Positions 18,081-28,389 are shown, counted from the stretch's first letter. The stretch: DNA of 44,788 bases from Promethearchaeota archaeon (GCA_004524535.1 SDNY01000012.1:1-44788); one strand, 5' to 3'. Numbers and translations are program-made. Notes: generated by a model from the sequence alone, not told the origin.

Positions 18081-19667
18081 TTAGTTAAATTTCCAAGGAA
18101 TATAACAACCTTTGATCTTAAGAAAATAGTCCTCAATAGAGAAATTTAGTTCTTTTTGGGTTCTTCTCAAACTTCCAAAATTAGCTCCGTTTAAATAGTA
18201 ATTTATAAGAAGATCACATATATTTTCATCCCCAAGAGAAATTAAAGCTTGTAATTTAGCATTATTAATAATATTCTTTAAGTTTAAAAATTTTAATTTA
18301 ATGGTTGAAATATTTTTTAATTCTTGTTCTAATTTTTGATATTTTAACTTAAAGGTCTTAATATTTTTCTTTAAAAAAGAGTTAATCTCTTTTTCATAGG
18401 GAGTATTTAATTTAGGAACTAACGGATTAACACTTACTCTAAGAGAAGCTCTATTAAAATTTATATTGCCTAATACTTTTAGGAATTCAATTGTCTCGTC
18501 TATTTCGTGCTCAGTTTCGTTAGGGAGCCCTATTAAAAAATATAATTTTACGTTTTTAATTTTGGAATCTTTAAGTTCTTTAAGGAGTAAAATTATCTTA
18601 TTATTTGAGATTTTTTTTCCTAACTCATATCTTAATTTTTCCGATCCTGTCTCTGGTGCTACTGTAATTGTTTTAATATTCCCTTTTTCAAGGATTTGAA
18701 TCACTTCAGATGTTAGATGCTCAATTCGAATTGATGGAATTGATAATCTTTTACCTTTATTAATTATAAATTCGCATATCTCGGAGAATTTAGGGTGACC
18801 AGAAACACAGGAACCGATTAGACTAATTGTTTTAAAATCCGAATATCTTATTCCTTCTTCTATAGCATTTGTAATGTTTTCAAAACTTCTATTTCTAAAA
18901 GGAGAATTATGAAATGATGAAATACAAAATTTGCATTGAAACGGACAGCCTCTATTTATTTCAATAAAAAATCTATCTTCAAATATCGCATTTTCACTTG
19001 AAGTTTTGGTAATTAATTGGGAATTGGGAATTGATGAATCGTCAAGATTTTTAAGAACAGCTCTTTTAACCTTATTACTACGAGAAGGAACGTAAATACC
19101 TTCAATAGAAGTTGCTAATTTTAAAAATTTGAGGAAGGTTATGTTTTTAGATTTGTACTTTAAAAATAATTTAAGGAGTAAATCTAAATTTGGTTCTGAA
19201 TCTCCTATAAAAAAAAGATCAAATACTTTACTTAAAGGCATAGGATTAGAAGTTGCTACTGGCCCTCCCCCAACAATAAGTGGGAATATTCCCTTTTTTT
19301 GAATAAAGGATTCTTTACGCTCTTTATAATTTAAAGGAATCCCCGCTTTCTCTAATATCCATAAAATATTCTTAACATCATTTTCAAATTGGAGTGAAAA
19401 TCCTAATATATCAAATTGGTTCGGAAGAATTTTATTTTCAATACTTCTTAGGTTGTCTTCAGAAGTTGTATCTTGAGAGGCAGGAAATTTTATACGCTCA
19501 GGCAAGAAAATCCGCTCACAAACATAATTTTCGTGCGAATTTATCATAAAGTAAAGAAGTCTAATTGAATACGATGACATAGCAATCTTATAAACATTAG
19601 GATAAATCAACCCAAACGATAGGTCAACATTTCGCCAATCCTTTATTATACTATTTTCATTATACAT
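18081..19667 (-). CDS. Radical SAM protein with N-terminal B12-binding-like domain
   Basis: YPNVYKIAMSS, DILGFSLQFE, GGPVATSNP, RGCPFQCKFC (CxxxCxxC), APETGSE, YFLIGLP. Confidence 0.88.
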   Translation of the reverse strand: MYNENSIIKDWRNVDLSFGLIYPNVYKIAMSSYSIRLLYFMINSHENYVCERIFLPERIKFPASQDTTSEDNLRSIENKILPNQFDILGFSLQFENDVKNILWILEKAGIPLNYKERKESFIQKKGIFPLIVGGGPVATSNPMPLSKVFDLFFIGDSEPNLDLLLKLFLKYKSKNITFLKFLKLATSIEGIYVPSRSNKVKRAVLKNLDDSSIPNSQLITKTSSENAIFEDRFFIEINRGCPFQCKFCISSFHNSPFRNRSFENITNAIEEGIRYSDFKTISLIGSCVSGHPKFSEICEFIINKGKRLSIPSIRIEHLTSEVIQILEKGNIKTITVAPETGSEKLRYELGKKISNNKIILLLKELKDSKIKNVKLYFLIGLPNETEHEIDETIEFLKVLGNINFNRASLRVSVNPLVPKLNTPYEKEINSFLKKNIKTFKLKYQKLEQELKNISTIKLKFLNLKNIINNAKLQALISLGDENICDLLINYYLNGANFGSLRRTQKELNFSIEDYFLKIKGCYIPWKFN

Positions 19668-20466
19668 TTGAGTCTTTTTCTGCCTTCAATTTTTTAATTT
19701 CTTCAACGATTAAGGGCAAGATTGTTCCAGTTTTATGATGAATTACAATTTCTGCTTTATTATCTAAATGTGTAGGTCTATCGTTTACGATTATTAATTT
19801 ACCCCCTTCACTTAAAGTATATGCCGGTAAATCACAAACAGGAGCAACTGAAAGTGAAGATCCAGCAATTAACATAACATCTGCTTTTTGCGCTAATGCC
19901 TGGGATTGATAGATTTCAAAAGTAGGTAGACCTTCTCCAAACAGAACAACTGATGGTTTTAATGGAGCAGTGCATATATCACATGTAGGAGGATAACTTT
20001 TTTCTTTTTTCAATTTTTGTAGTACTTGTTTTTTTGTGTATGATGCTCTACATCCGAAACAATTAAATCGATTAATATTTCCATGAACCTCATATACCAA
20101 TACGGACCCAGCTTTCTGGTGTAATTCATCAATATTTTGAGTGATTACTGCTTTAAGAAGATCCATATCCTCCAGTTCAGCGAGCGCAATATGACCAGGA
20201 TTAGGATTTGCTGTGAATAATTTAGGTGCTACTTTTTCAGCCATTTGCCAAAATTTCTGAGGGTCACGTATAAAAGATTTTATGTTTCCATATATCTCGG
20301 GTTTGTATTTTTCCCATATTCCATGATCACCTCTAAAATCGGGTATTCCTGATTCTGTCGATATACCCGCTCCCGTCAATACGACGGCACTTTTAGATTT
20401 AAAAAGAAGTTCCGCAGCTTTGTGAATTTTCTCCCTTTGAGTATGTTTTAAAATTTTTGCCCCCAT
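19660..20466 (-). CDS. cobB: Sir2 family NAD-dependent protein deacylase
   Basis: GAGISTESGIPDFRG, TQNIDELH, HGN, two CxxC, KPSVVLFGE, GSSLSVAP. Confidence 0.93.
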   Translation of the reverse strand: MGAKILKHTQREKIHKAAELLFKSKSAVVLTGAGISTESGIPDFRGDHGIWEKYKPEIYGNIKSFIRDPQKFWQMAEKVAPKLFTANPNPGHIALAELEDMDLLKAVITQNIDELHQKAGSVLVYEVHGNINRFNCFGCRASYTKKQVLQKLKKEKSYPPTCDICTAPLKPSVVLFGEGLPTFEIYQSQALAQKADVMLIAGSSLSVAPVCDLPAYTLSEGGKLIIVNDRPTHLDNKAEIVIHHKTGTILPLIVEEIKKLKAEKDSNV

Positions 20467-20744
20467 CTAAATCCAATTTTTTTTTATTATATTATTGCTT
20501 TTTAAAAAGACGTATCTCCAAATTCCTATTCGTATAAATTTATATCATTTTTCTTTTGTAAATGATATATTAAATCTTATTAATTTCTAAAATAATTGAA
20601 AATTAATATTTTTGATTAATTTTCATAAAAGATTAAAATATTCAATGATATTACTCTTTAAGAAGAAGCCTTAAAAAAATTTAACTTTTTTGTCCTTAAA
20701 TTACTTAAAATTAAGAGCTCTTATAAGTAAAAGGATTCTTACAC

Positions 20745-21647
20745 ATGACAAAAACACAAATAAGCTTCGGAATTGTCTTAAAAGATGAAATACTATATTG
20801 CTCGAACGAAGATAAATATAACTTCCTTGAAATAATTTTATTCGTTGAGAAACTTATTCGAAGTTTTAATCCTAAACAGACATGGCGGTTAAATAGTATT
20901 TATTTAAAAAGGGCTAAGGATAAAGAACGATTATTTATTCGACATGAGATTACTGAAACAAATAAAAACTTGTTCTTTATAGTGAGCGGGGCATATGAAG
21001 AAAACTCTCAAGAGATTCGAAAGATGTTAAAAAATTTTTTTGAAAAGGTGAATACTAATTATAATACTGGAGAGCTATTAGAAAAATCTTCAAAAAAACC
21101 AATATTTAAAGAAATTATTGACAATATTACTGATTTTTTATGGAATAAATATGAAATTCTTTTAGAACAGGAGGAAATAAAACAAGAAGTTGATCATGAA
21201 ACAACTAATAAAATATTATATGGAGGAATTTCAAGCCAAGGATTACCAATTATATCAAAATTGTTTGATCCAACTCTTTTAAATAATTTAGATAAAAAAA
21301 TAACCACTGAAAATATTGAATTATTTAATTCTAGTTTTTCAGCGCAATTAGCTACAATTGAAATGAATACATTAATACGGACTAACAAATATAAGATCAA
21401 ACAGATTCATATATTTGATTTAGAAGATAAGAAGAACAAAAAAATAATTTTATATGATAATATTGATAAAAACCATTTTTCTTTAACCATTTTTGCATCT
21501 GGGAATTTTTTTGAAATTAAAGATCTTATGAAGTTATTAAAATTCCAAATCTCTAAAGAATATATTTTACATAAAGAATTCTCAGGAGATATTAAAACAT
21601 ATAAATATTTAGACAATTATTTTTTAGGTTTAGATAGAGAATTTTAG
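20745..21647 (+). CDS. Hypothetical protein, possibly tandem longin-like domains
   Basis: Two beta-beta-alpha-beta-beta-beta-alpha-like units (FGIVLKDEILY...; ILYGGISSQGLPIIS...FSAQLATI). Confidence 0.45.
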   Translation: MTKTQISFGIVLKDEILYCSNEDKYNFLEIILFVEKLIRSFNPKQTWRLNSIYLKRAKDKERLFIRHEITETNKNLFFIVSGAYEENSQEIRKMLKNFFEKVNTNYNTGELLEKSSKKPIFKEIIDNITDFLWNKYEILLEQEEIKQEVDHETTNKILYGGISSQGLPIISKLFDPTLLNNLDKKITTENIELFNSSFSAQLATIEMNTLIRTNKYKIKQIHIFDLEDKKNKKIILYDNIDKNHFSLTIFASGNFFEIKDLMKLLKFQISKEYILHKEFSGDIKTYKYLDNYFLGLDREF

Positions 21648-21668
21648 TGAAAAAACAACTCTTATTAC

Positions 21669-23438
21669 TTAGGCATTCGCTTCGGCAGTACCCTGCTTCT
21701 TTTTCTGTTCCTCTTTTTTAAATTTACGCAACAAACGAGAAAATTTTAAAGGTGTATCTTGATAATCGAGTTCTGAAAGCGCTTGATCCTGATAAGCTTG
21801 TAAAAGCTTGTTGGAAAATTTTTGCCAATCTCGACAGATAGCAAGGGTATCAGCATCGTTTTTTAATAAGCTTTCATGAGACATTATTCGGAGAAACTCA
21901 GCAGCATAAGGTTCAATAACATCAGATTGAGCACCTGCTAGGAGATCTCGAGCAAAGTCATCAGCAGGATACCAATCTCTAACCCTTTGAAAATCACGAT
22001 GGATTTGGGTAAGTAAAACGTTGCGAGGGCCTTCCCAGAGCTCCATAATCATAGAATCACGATGCACGCGTGGAAATGATAAGAAATCTTCCATAATTCC
22101 ATGACCTCCAAAAAATGAGATTGCCATTCTTATCAAAGCTGGAGCTTCGTCGCATACGACAATCTTTTGCAGCATTACAAGTTCACGTAGCCTAAATCTT
22201 CGTTTACGTTCAGTTATATCTACAATTTTTTCCAAGTCTCTTAATCCCGCAATTAGTTCTTCACCAAAATGAATAAATTCAGAATAAACTTTAAATGCTC
22301 CTGCTGCGGATCTCATAGCTGCGTGATTTAAATCATTAATCTGATTTATCATTAAAGGAAACTTTGATACTAGAACTCCAAAGGCGGTTCTAAATTGAGC
22401 ATATAATGTAGCTTCACGAGCAACTCTCAATGCTCCACTTGCCATTGCTAATCCAATATCTAATCGTGATAATGACAGAACAATCCCAACAATGTCAGCT
22501 AATCCTTTTTCAAGAGGCCCTATAGGATAGGCAACAGCACCATTATATGTTATTTCTGCTGTTGGTAATTCTGCTGTTCCTAATTTTGGTTTAAGTCTAT
22601 CTATTGTATAGGAATTTCTTATTTCTTTCTCCTTATTTTTTGGTAACCAAGCTGGAACGACAAATACCGCAATTTTAGTGGATGTAGGAGTTCCTTTAGG
22701 TTTAGCTGTTACCACAGCATAATCTGTATGTATTGCTGAACAAAAAAATTTCTGTCCATAAATCCTCCAGCAATTCGAGATCCCATCAGGACCTTCAGCC
22801 TCCTCAAAAACGGCTTCGACGAGATTTGATGGAACATCACTACCTCCTTGAATTTCAGTAACAAATTGAGCTCCCATGCCATATTCACCACTACTATATT
22901 CGCCCGTGCCATTTCGAACATGTTCTAGAATTTTTAATGCTTCGGGATCTAACATATCTTCATATTGCTGCAGGAGCCAAACCATTCCATGGGTACAAAC
23001 TAGAGGACAGATTACACCGAATTCCGAATTTTGAGATAATAAAAACAATTTCGCAAACCTACTCCATGGACTATTCCTATTTGGATCGAACAATCCAAGA
23101 CTGAATATCTCTTTTTCTAAAATTTCAGTTTCAGCACATCGCTCTATTCTGTCAATTCTATGATTATGAGCATCGTAATGTTTTATTTGAGTAACTTTTA
23201 TTCGATTTTCAAGATCATTACCTTTATCAGCTAAATCCCTAAATCTAAAAGACACATAATCAGAAAGAGCAAGAAGTTCTTTATTTATTTTTTCAAATTC
23301 ATCTCCAGTATACTTTTTAACTAAAGCTTGGAAAAATTCGTCATCTTTATAATAATTAAATTGATTTCTGACAAATAGATAATCGTCAAAAGAGTAGGGA
23401 TTATTTCTATTTCCTTCCTCATTAATTTGGGCGCACAT
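21669..23438 (-). CDS. Acyl-CoA dehydrogenase family protein (AidB-like)
   Basis: CPLVCT, AQFVTEIQGGSDV, GQKFFCS, RLKPKLGT, RTAFG, GGHGIMED, ELWEGPRNV. Confidence 0.9.
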   Translation of the reverse strand: MCAQINEEGNRNNPYSFDDYLFVRNQFNYYKDDEFFQALVKKYTGDEFEKINKELLALSDYVSFRFRDLADKGNDLENRIKVTQIKHYDAHNHRIDRIERCAETEILEKEIFSLGLFDPNRNSPWSRFAKLFLLSQNSEFGVICPLVCTHGMVWLLQQYEDMLDPEALKILEHVRNGTGEYSSGEYGMGAQFVTEIQGGSDVPSNLVEAVFEEAEGPDGISNCWRIYGQKFFCSAIHTDYAVVTAKPKGTPTSTKIAVFVVPAWLPKNKEKEIRNSYTIDRLKPKLGTAELPTAEITYNGAVAYPIGPLEKGLADIVGIVLSLSRLDIGLAMASGALRVAREATLYAQFRTAFGVLVSKFPLMINQINDLNHAAMRSAAGAFKVYSEFIHFGEELIAGLRDLEKIVDITERKRRFRLRELVMLQKIVVCDEAPALIRMAISFFGGHGIMEDFLSFPRVHRDSMIMELWEGPRNVLLTQIHRDFQRVRDWYPADDFARDLLAGAQSDVIEPYAAEFLRIMSHESLLKNDADTLAICRDWQKFSNKLLQAYQDQALSELDYQDTPLKFSRLLRKFKKEEQKKKQGTAEANA

Positions 23439-23650
23439 GTTTTTATCATTTATTATTATTTTATTTCAAATTAGTAGAAGTTTAGCTTATTTATATATAT
23501 ATTACTTGGCAAAAATTAAAAATTAATATTAAATAACAAAACGACATAAAGAAAATTCAAAAAGAAAGAATCGATAATTATTCAAAAATTAAAACATCAA
23601 AATTTGTTAGAAAGAATAAGGTTATTCTTTAATATTTTTATATGAATATT

Positions 23651-24430
23651 TTAATCAAAATTCGAAGTTTCTTCTTTTTTATTATTAGTAGTGTGTGTGT
23701 TTTTCTTTACAAATTTCTTTACATTGATGCGTTCTGTTCGTTTAATCTCAGATTTACGACTCCTTTTTACATCAACTTCCACTATCTCAAATTGCTCATC
23801 TGGGCTTACAGCTTTATCTTTAATACCCTCGGGAAAAGAGATCAAAACACTCTTAATGAGTTTGGAACTAGATAGTGGATAGATAGTTTTCGACACCCTT
23901 GCTATTTGGTTTTGAAATTCTCCGTAAATCATTCCAATAATAAATTTTTCATGATTCAATGACTTAGCAAATTCTTTCAGGATATCGCGTGAAATCTTCC
24001 TTATCAAAACGATCTGCGAACTTCTCGCTCGTTTAATTGTACTACATATAGTTGTAACACGGAATACAAAACCATCTTTAGTTGTAAGATTTTGAATTGT
24101 TTGAATCTTCGTAGCTCCCCTCCCAACGAGACTACGAACGAAATCATTAGTATATTGATGACCTATAAAAATAGTCTCGCATTTTTTTGTCTCAGGATTA
24201 ACATTTATAACCTTGAACCTTAGCTTTAAATTAATATCATTGAAATCATCAGTAAAATCGAATAATAAAGCCTCTACTGTTCGACCTAAAACCGTATTAT
24301 CTAATCCAAGAATTTCACCTATAGGTTTAAATTTAAAGAGTTTAGGGGTAATAATTTCATACCAATCCTTATCCTTAAATGATACTTTTTTAATCTTAGC
24401 TTTTTTTTTCCTTTTAGCTTTCTGACTCAT
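23651..24430 (-). CDS. rps3ae: 30S ribosomal protein S3Ae (eS1)
   Basis: KDWYEIITP, GRTVE, DFVRSLVGRG, TKDGFVFRV, SQIVLIRK, KTIYPL; charged C-terminal extension. Confidence 0.92.
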   Translation of the reverse strand: MSQKAKRKKKAKIKKVSFKDKDWYEIITPKLFKFKPIGEILGLDNTVLGRTVEALLFDFTDDFNDINLKLRFKVINVNPETKKCETIFIGHQYTNDFVRSLVGRGATKIQTIQNLTTKDGFVFRVTTICSTIKRARSSQIVLIRKISRDILKEFAKSLNHEKFIIGMIYGEFQNQIARVSKTIYPLSSSKLIKSVLISFPEGIKDKAVSPDEQFEIVEVDVKRSRKSEIKRTERINVKKFVKKNTHTTNNKKEETSNFD

Positions 24431-24461
24431 TTTATCAATTCTGTTTATGGGTTAAAATAAA

Positions 24462-24920
24462 TTATTTAGCTACAAGTGTTCTTATCTTTTCGGGATCGTA
24501 TTTGAAGTCCATCGGTAATACTCTAGTTTTTTTATAATATTTAATTAAGCGATATATCTTCGATTCTGTCCGTTGTAATCCTTTTTTTCCTTCAAGATCT
24601 TTATGGTTCGATTCAAGATGTTTTCTTATATTTAGAGCCTTTTTTACTAAATTTGTTAGATCTTCGGGAAGAGAAAATTCAATTTCATTTTCTTCGAGAA
24701 TTTGGCTTATTTTTTTCCCTGCGACAACCGAGACTAAAGGTACACCATAGCTATCCCTTAATATATTACCTATTATTGATTTAGAGTATCCTTTTTTGGC
24801 TAATTTGACAACTAAATTTTCAACTTCCTCCGCGGATCTCTCAATCCAAACAGGTTTCTCCAATCGTGGAGGTCTTGTGGAACCTGATTTTCCCTTCTTT
24901 CTACTGTGAAATCTTGCCAA
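24462..24920 (-). CDS. rps15: 30S ribosomal protein S15 (uS15/S13e type)
   Basis: ARFHSRKKGKSGSTRP, LRDSYGVP, LPEDL, HLESNHKD, ESKIYRLIKYYK; TTG start. Confidence 0.96.
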   Translation of the reverse strand: MARFHSRKKGKSGSTRPPRLEKPVWIERSAEEVENLVVKLAKKGYSKSIIGNILRDSYGVPLVSVVAGKKISQILEENEIEFSLPEDLTNLVKKALNIRKHLESNHKDLEGKKGLQRTESKIYRLIKYYKKTRVLPMDFKYDPEKIRTLVAK

Positions 24921-24925
24921 TATTT

Positions 24926-24965
24926 CTCTAACCTTTAATCATTTTCCTCTAATCTTTAATCATTT
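24926..24965. repeat. Two-copy tandem repeat (period 21) directly upstream of rps15
   Basis: CTCTAACCTTTAATCATTT (24926-24944) and CTCTAATCTTTAATCATTT (24947-24965), 18 of 19 identical. Confidence 0.7.
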
Positions 24966-25155
24966 CGGGCAATCTCCCGAAAGATAATTTCCTATTAATA
25001 TTTTTACAAAACACTTAAATCATTATTAAAAACTTAATTCAAAAACAATTCCTTAATACTTTAGAGGTATAATAGAGCAAAATAAATAAAATTTTGGAAT
25101 TTAATCAATTCTTTAAGTTGGTATTTTTATTTTATATCTCATTTTATATAGAATT

Positions 25156-25749
25156 ATGCAGAAAGAAAATTTAATATTAAATTTTGTTACGGGAAATAAA
25201 AGCAAATTTAATGAAGGTTTGAAAATATTTCAAACTCAAAAAGTGGAAGTAATATTACAGCAATTAAATATAAAAACAGTCGAAATTCAAGCAGATAATA
25301 TAAAAGATGTTGCTTTATTTAAATTAAATTCAGTTAAAGACAAGATAAATAGTTCTTTCTTCATTGAAGACTCAGGATTTTTTGTAGACAAACCATTAAA
25401 AGGATTTCCAGGTGTTTTTTCTTCTTATGTTTTTAAAACTATAGGTGATGAAGGTATTTTAAGATTAATTGACGATTTCGAGGGATCCCGAGCACATTTT
25501 TCTGCTATAATAGCTTTATATTTTAAACCTTTAGATAAAATTCTGTTATTTGAAGGTGAAGTGAGAGGAAAAGTATCAGATAAAATCAAGGGAAAGGGAG
25601 GATTTGGTTTTGACCCAATATTTATCCCAGATTTAATACCCAATAAGACATTTTCAGAGCTTACTCCTCAAGAAAAGAATGAAATCTCTCACCGAGGTCA
25701 GGCAATTAGAAAGCTGATTTCATTTCTAAAAAAAAATTCAGCCAAATAA
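25156..25749 (+). CDS. XTP/dITP diphosphatase (RdgB/HAM1 family)
   Basis: VTGNKSK, EDSG, GFPGVFS, GFGFDPIF, EKNEISHRGQA. Confidence 0.94.
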   Translation: MQKENLILNFVTGNKSKFNEGLKIFQTQKVEVILQQLNIKTVEIQADNIKDVALFKLNSVKDKINSSFFIEDSGFFVDKPLKGFPGVFSSYVFKTIGDEGILRLIDDFEGSRAHFSAIIALYFKPLDKILLFEGEVRGKVSDKIKGKGGFGFDPIFIPDLIPNKTFSELTPQEKNEISHRGQAIRKLISFLKKNSAK

Positions 25750-25792
25750 AAAGGATAATAAAATTGAAAAATGCGAAAAAGCTGTTATTATT

Positions 25793-27175
25793 ATGAAATA
25801 TACACCTGATAAAAAATCTATAAGAACTCATGAGGTTCCACAGTGGTTTCATGACGCAAAACTCGGCATTTTTATCCATTGGGGTCTTTATTCTGTGCCT
25901 GCATTTGCGGTGACTGGTATGGACATAACTGAAACTATGGAAAAATTAGGGTTAGAAGGTCATTTTAAGAATAATCCTTATGCAGAGTGGTATTTAAACT
26001 CATTAAGAATCCCTGGAAGTCCGACTGAGAAATATCATAAAGAAACCTATGGAGAAGATTATTCCTATGATAATTTTGTTCCAATCTTTAATGAAGAGAT
26101 TAAGAAATGGGATCCACAAGAAATGGTGGATTTATTCAAAAAGGCGGGGGCTAAGTATGTCGTATTGGTTACAAAGCATCATGATGGATTTACTTTATGG
26201 CCAAGTAAATACAAGAATCCAAATAAAGAAAACTATTGTGCCAGTAGAAATATTGTGAAGAAGCTCACTAATGTCGTTAAAGAAGCGGGTTTAAGAATGG
26301 GATTTTATTACTCGGGTATTCTTGATTGGTCTTTTGAGCCAAATCCAATAAAAGATGGTAAAACCTTTTTAGAAAATGGTGTCAAGACTCCCGAGTACAC
26401 TAAATACGCAGATAACCATTGGTATGAATTGATTGATAATTATGACCCTATTATCCTTTGGAATGATATCGGATACCCACCACATACTAACCTTTATGAA
26501 TTGTTTGCGTATTTCTTTAATAAACACCCCGATGGCGTAATAAACGATAGGTGGAGGCAACCATTCATTGAAGGCAAAAAAAATACAAATATTACTTTTA
26601 AAGATTTCTCCACTCCTGAATATGAGGTATTTAATAGAATCCAAAAAAGAAAATGGGAATGCACTCGGGGTGTTGGTAATTCTTATGGATACAATAAATT
26701 TGAAACTGAAAAGGATTACATGAACTCGGAAGAATTAGTGCGAATGTTTATTGATATAGTAAGTAAAAACGGGAATCTATTACTAAATGTAGGTCCTATG
26801 GCTGATGGCACAATCCCAGATTTTCAAAAGAAATGTTTATTAGGACTTGGTAAGTGGTTGGAAGTGAACGGAGATGCAATTTATGGAACTCGTCCTTGGT
26901 CAAAGGCTGAAGGAAAAACTTCAGATGGTATTGATGTGAGATATACCCAAAAAAAGGATTCTTTATACGCTATTTTATTAGATACGCCAAAAAGCAATAA
27001 TACTACAATAAAATCTCTTATCATTGAAAAAGATTCCAAGGTACAATTGTTAGGATACGAAGAAAATCTAATTTGGAAACAAGAGAATGACAATTTAAAG
27101 ATTTCTATTCCAGAAAATTTAAGCCATGCCATTGCGTATTCATTTAAAATAATGCCAAGACCAAAAATAAATTAA
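25793..27175 (+). CDS. Alpha-L-fucosidase (GH29)
   Basis: WFHDAKLGIFIHWGLYSVPA, YAEWY, TKHHDGF, LWND nucleophile, VSKNGNLLLNVGP; no signal peptide. Confidence 0.93.
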   Translation: MKYTPDKKSIRTHEVPQWFHDAKLGIFIHWGLYSVPAFAVTGMDITETMEKLGLEGHFKNNPYAEWYLNSLRIPGSPTEKYHKETYGEDYSYDNFVPIFNEEIKKWDPQEMVDLFKKAGAKYVVLVTKHHDGFTLWPSKYKNPNKENYCASRNIVKKLTNVVKEAGLRMGFYYSGILDWSFEPNPIKDGKTFLENGVKTPEYTKYADNHWYELIDNYDPIILWNDIGYPPHTNLYELFAYFFNKHPDGVINDRWRQPFIEGKKNTNITFKDFSTPEYEVFNRIQKRKWECTRGVGNSYGYNKFETEKDYMNSEELVRMFIDIVSKNGNLLLNVGPMADGTIPDFQKKCLLGLGKWLEVNGDAIYGTRPWSKAEGKTSDGIDVRYTQKKDSLYAILLDTPKSNNTTIKSLIIEKDSKVQLLGYEENLIWKQENDNLKISIPENLSHAIAYSFKIMPRPKIN

Positions 27176-27195
27176 AAAAAAAGAGTTCAAGTTGC

Positions 27196-27549
27196 CTATT
27201 TTTGCTTCAGCTTATTTATTTCATCTGTTAATCTAATAACATCTTGCCTTAATCTCTCGTTCTCTTCAAATAAAGTTTTTGTCATTGCTACAACTTGCGC
27301 TTTAGAAAATATGTTATCGTCCTTAAGTTCTTGAACCTCTGCATGACGTATTTGGAGATTATTATCAATATATAAAATTGTTAAGAGTTCTTTAACCTCA
27401 TTATCATTAATGGAATCGTGAAGTATAACATATGGAAATGGAAACTTCGTCCGCCCTTTACACAGTTCTTTACTCAGATTTACTTTATGTGTACTATTAC
27501 AAATTGGGCATCTATAGTGTTTTACTATTTCAAATTCTTCATTAACCAT
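27196..27549 (-). CDS. Small hypothetical protein with CPxC motif and C-terminal coiled coil
   Basis: YRCPICNSTH...LYIDNNLQIR, then heptads LFEENERLRQDVIRLTDEINKL. Confidence 0.7.
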   Translation of the reverse strand: MVNEEFEIVKHYRCPICNSTHKVNLSKELCKGRTKFPFPYVILHDSINDNEVKELLTILYIDNNLQIRHAEVQELKDDNIFSKAQVVAMTKTLFEENERLRQDVIRLTDEINKLKQK

Positions 27550-27602
27550 AAATAATCTATATGCCTTATCGTTTAAAAATAGAGACTGTTAGAGGAGAGA
27601 AC

Positions 27603-28325
27603 TTATTTTTTTTTTAAATAATTTAAAATTTTTAAATATAGATCCTGCTCAGCTTCTTTCTTGCTTTTACATTCTTCTGACTTTATGTCCTTTTTTAAGG
27701 GAATTAAAATTTTATTATTGCGATCTAAGATTTTGGGATTTTTTGCAATCCATTTAGGAGCGTGATCGGAACCTTTGTTAAGGAATTCTGTTTTTATTAC
27801 TGGAGTGATTCTATGTCTTTTTTGTATATACTCCAATAACTTGTTCTTGTTCAGAATTGTCTCATTAATGATAAAATCCCAATCATCATAAAATCGATTA
27901 ATTACATTCTCTTCAACTAATTTAAGGTTTGAATCTGAATCGAGAAAAATTGCACCACAGATTGCTTCAAAGACATCCGCTAGAATCCTTGTCCCTTCAA
28001 TTACTTGTTTTTCTGATTTTAAGATGAATTTCTCTAGATTAAAATAATCCTTCGAAATTTTGCTTAAAGTCTCATCGTTTTCTAAACACTGCTTAATTAT
28101 TGTAATCTCGCCAGGGTCTATTAATCCTTCTTTTATTTTCTTTGAAATAAAAATTAATTTAATTACGGCATCTCCTAAAAGTTCTAATGCATTATAATCA
28201 AGAAGATCTAATTGTTTACCTAATTGAGGTGTAGTTAATGCATTCCTTAATAAATCCTCATTTTTAAATTTATATTCAAGAAATTCTTGCAACTCTTTTA
28301 AATTATCATTTTCATTTTTTAGCAT
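27603..28325 (-). CDS. rnc: Ribonuclease III family protein (RNase III domain plus dsRBD-like domain)
   Basis: LEYKFKNEDLL..AL, signature NALELLGDAV, LADVFEAICGAIFLD; dsRBD-like KNKLLEYIQK...GSDHAP...SKKEAEQ. Confidence 0.88.
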   Translation of the reverse strand: MLKNENDNLKELQEFLEYKFKNEDLLRNALTTPQLGKQLDLLDYNALELLGDAVIKLIFISKKIKEGLIDPGEITIIKQCLENDETLSKISKDYFNLEKFILKSEKQVIEGTRILADVFEAICGAIFLDSDSNLKLVEENVINRFYDDWDFIINETILNKNKLLEYIQKRHRITPVIKTEFLNKGSDHAPKWIAKNPKILDRNNKILIPLKKDIKSEECKSKKEAEQDLYLKILNYLKKK

Positions 28326-28389
28326 CTTTCTAATTTACTATTATTTTCAGATAAATTTAAAAATTTAGACATTTCTATATTAATATATA

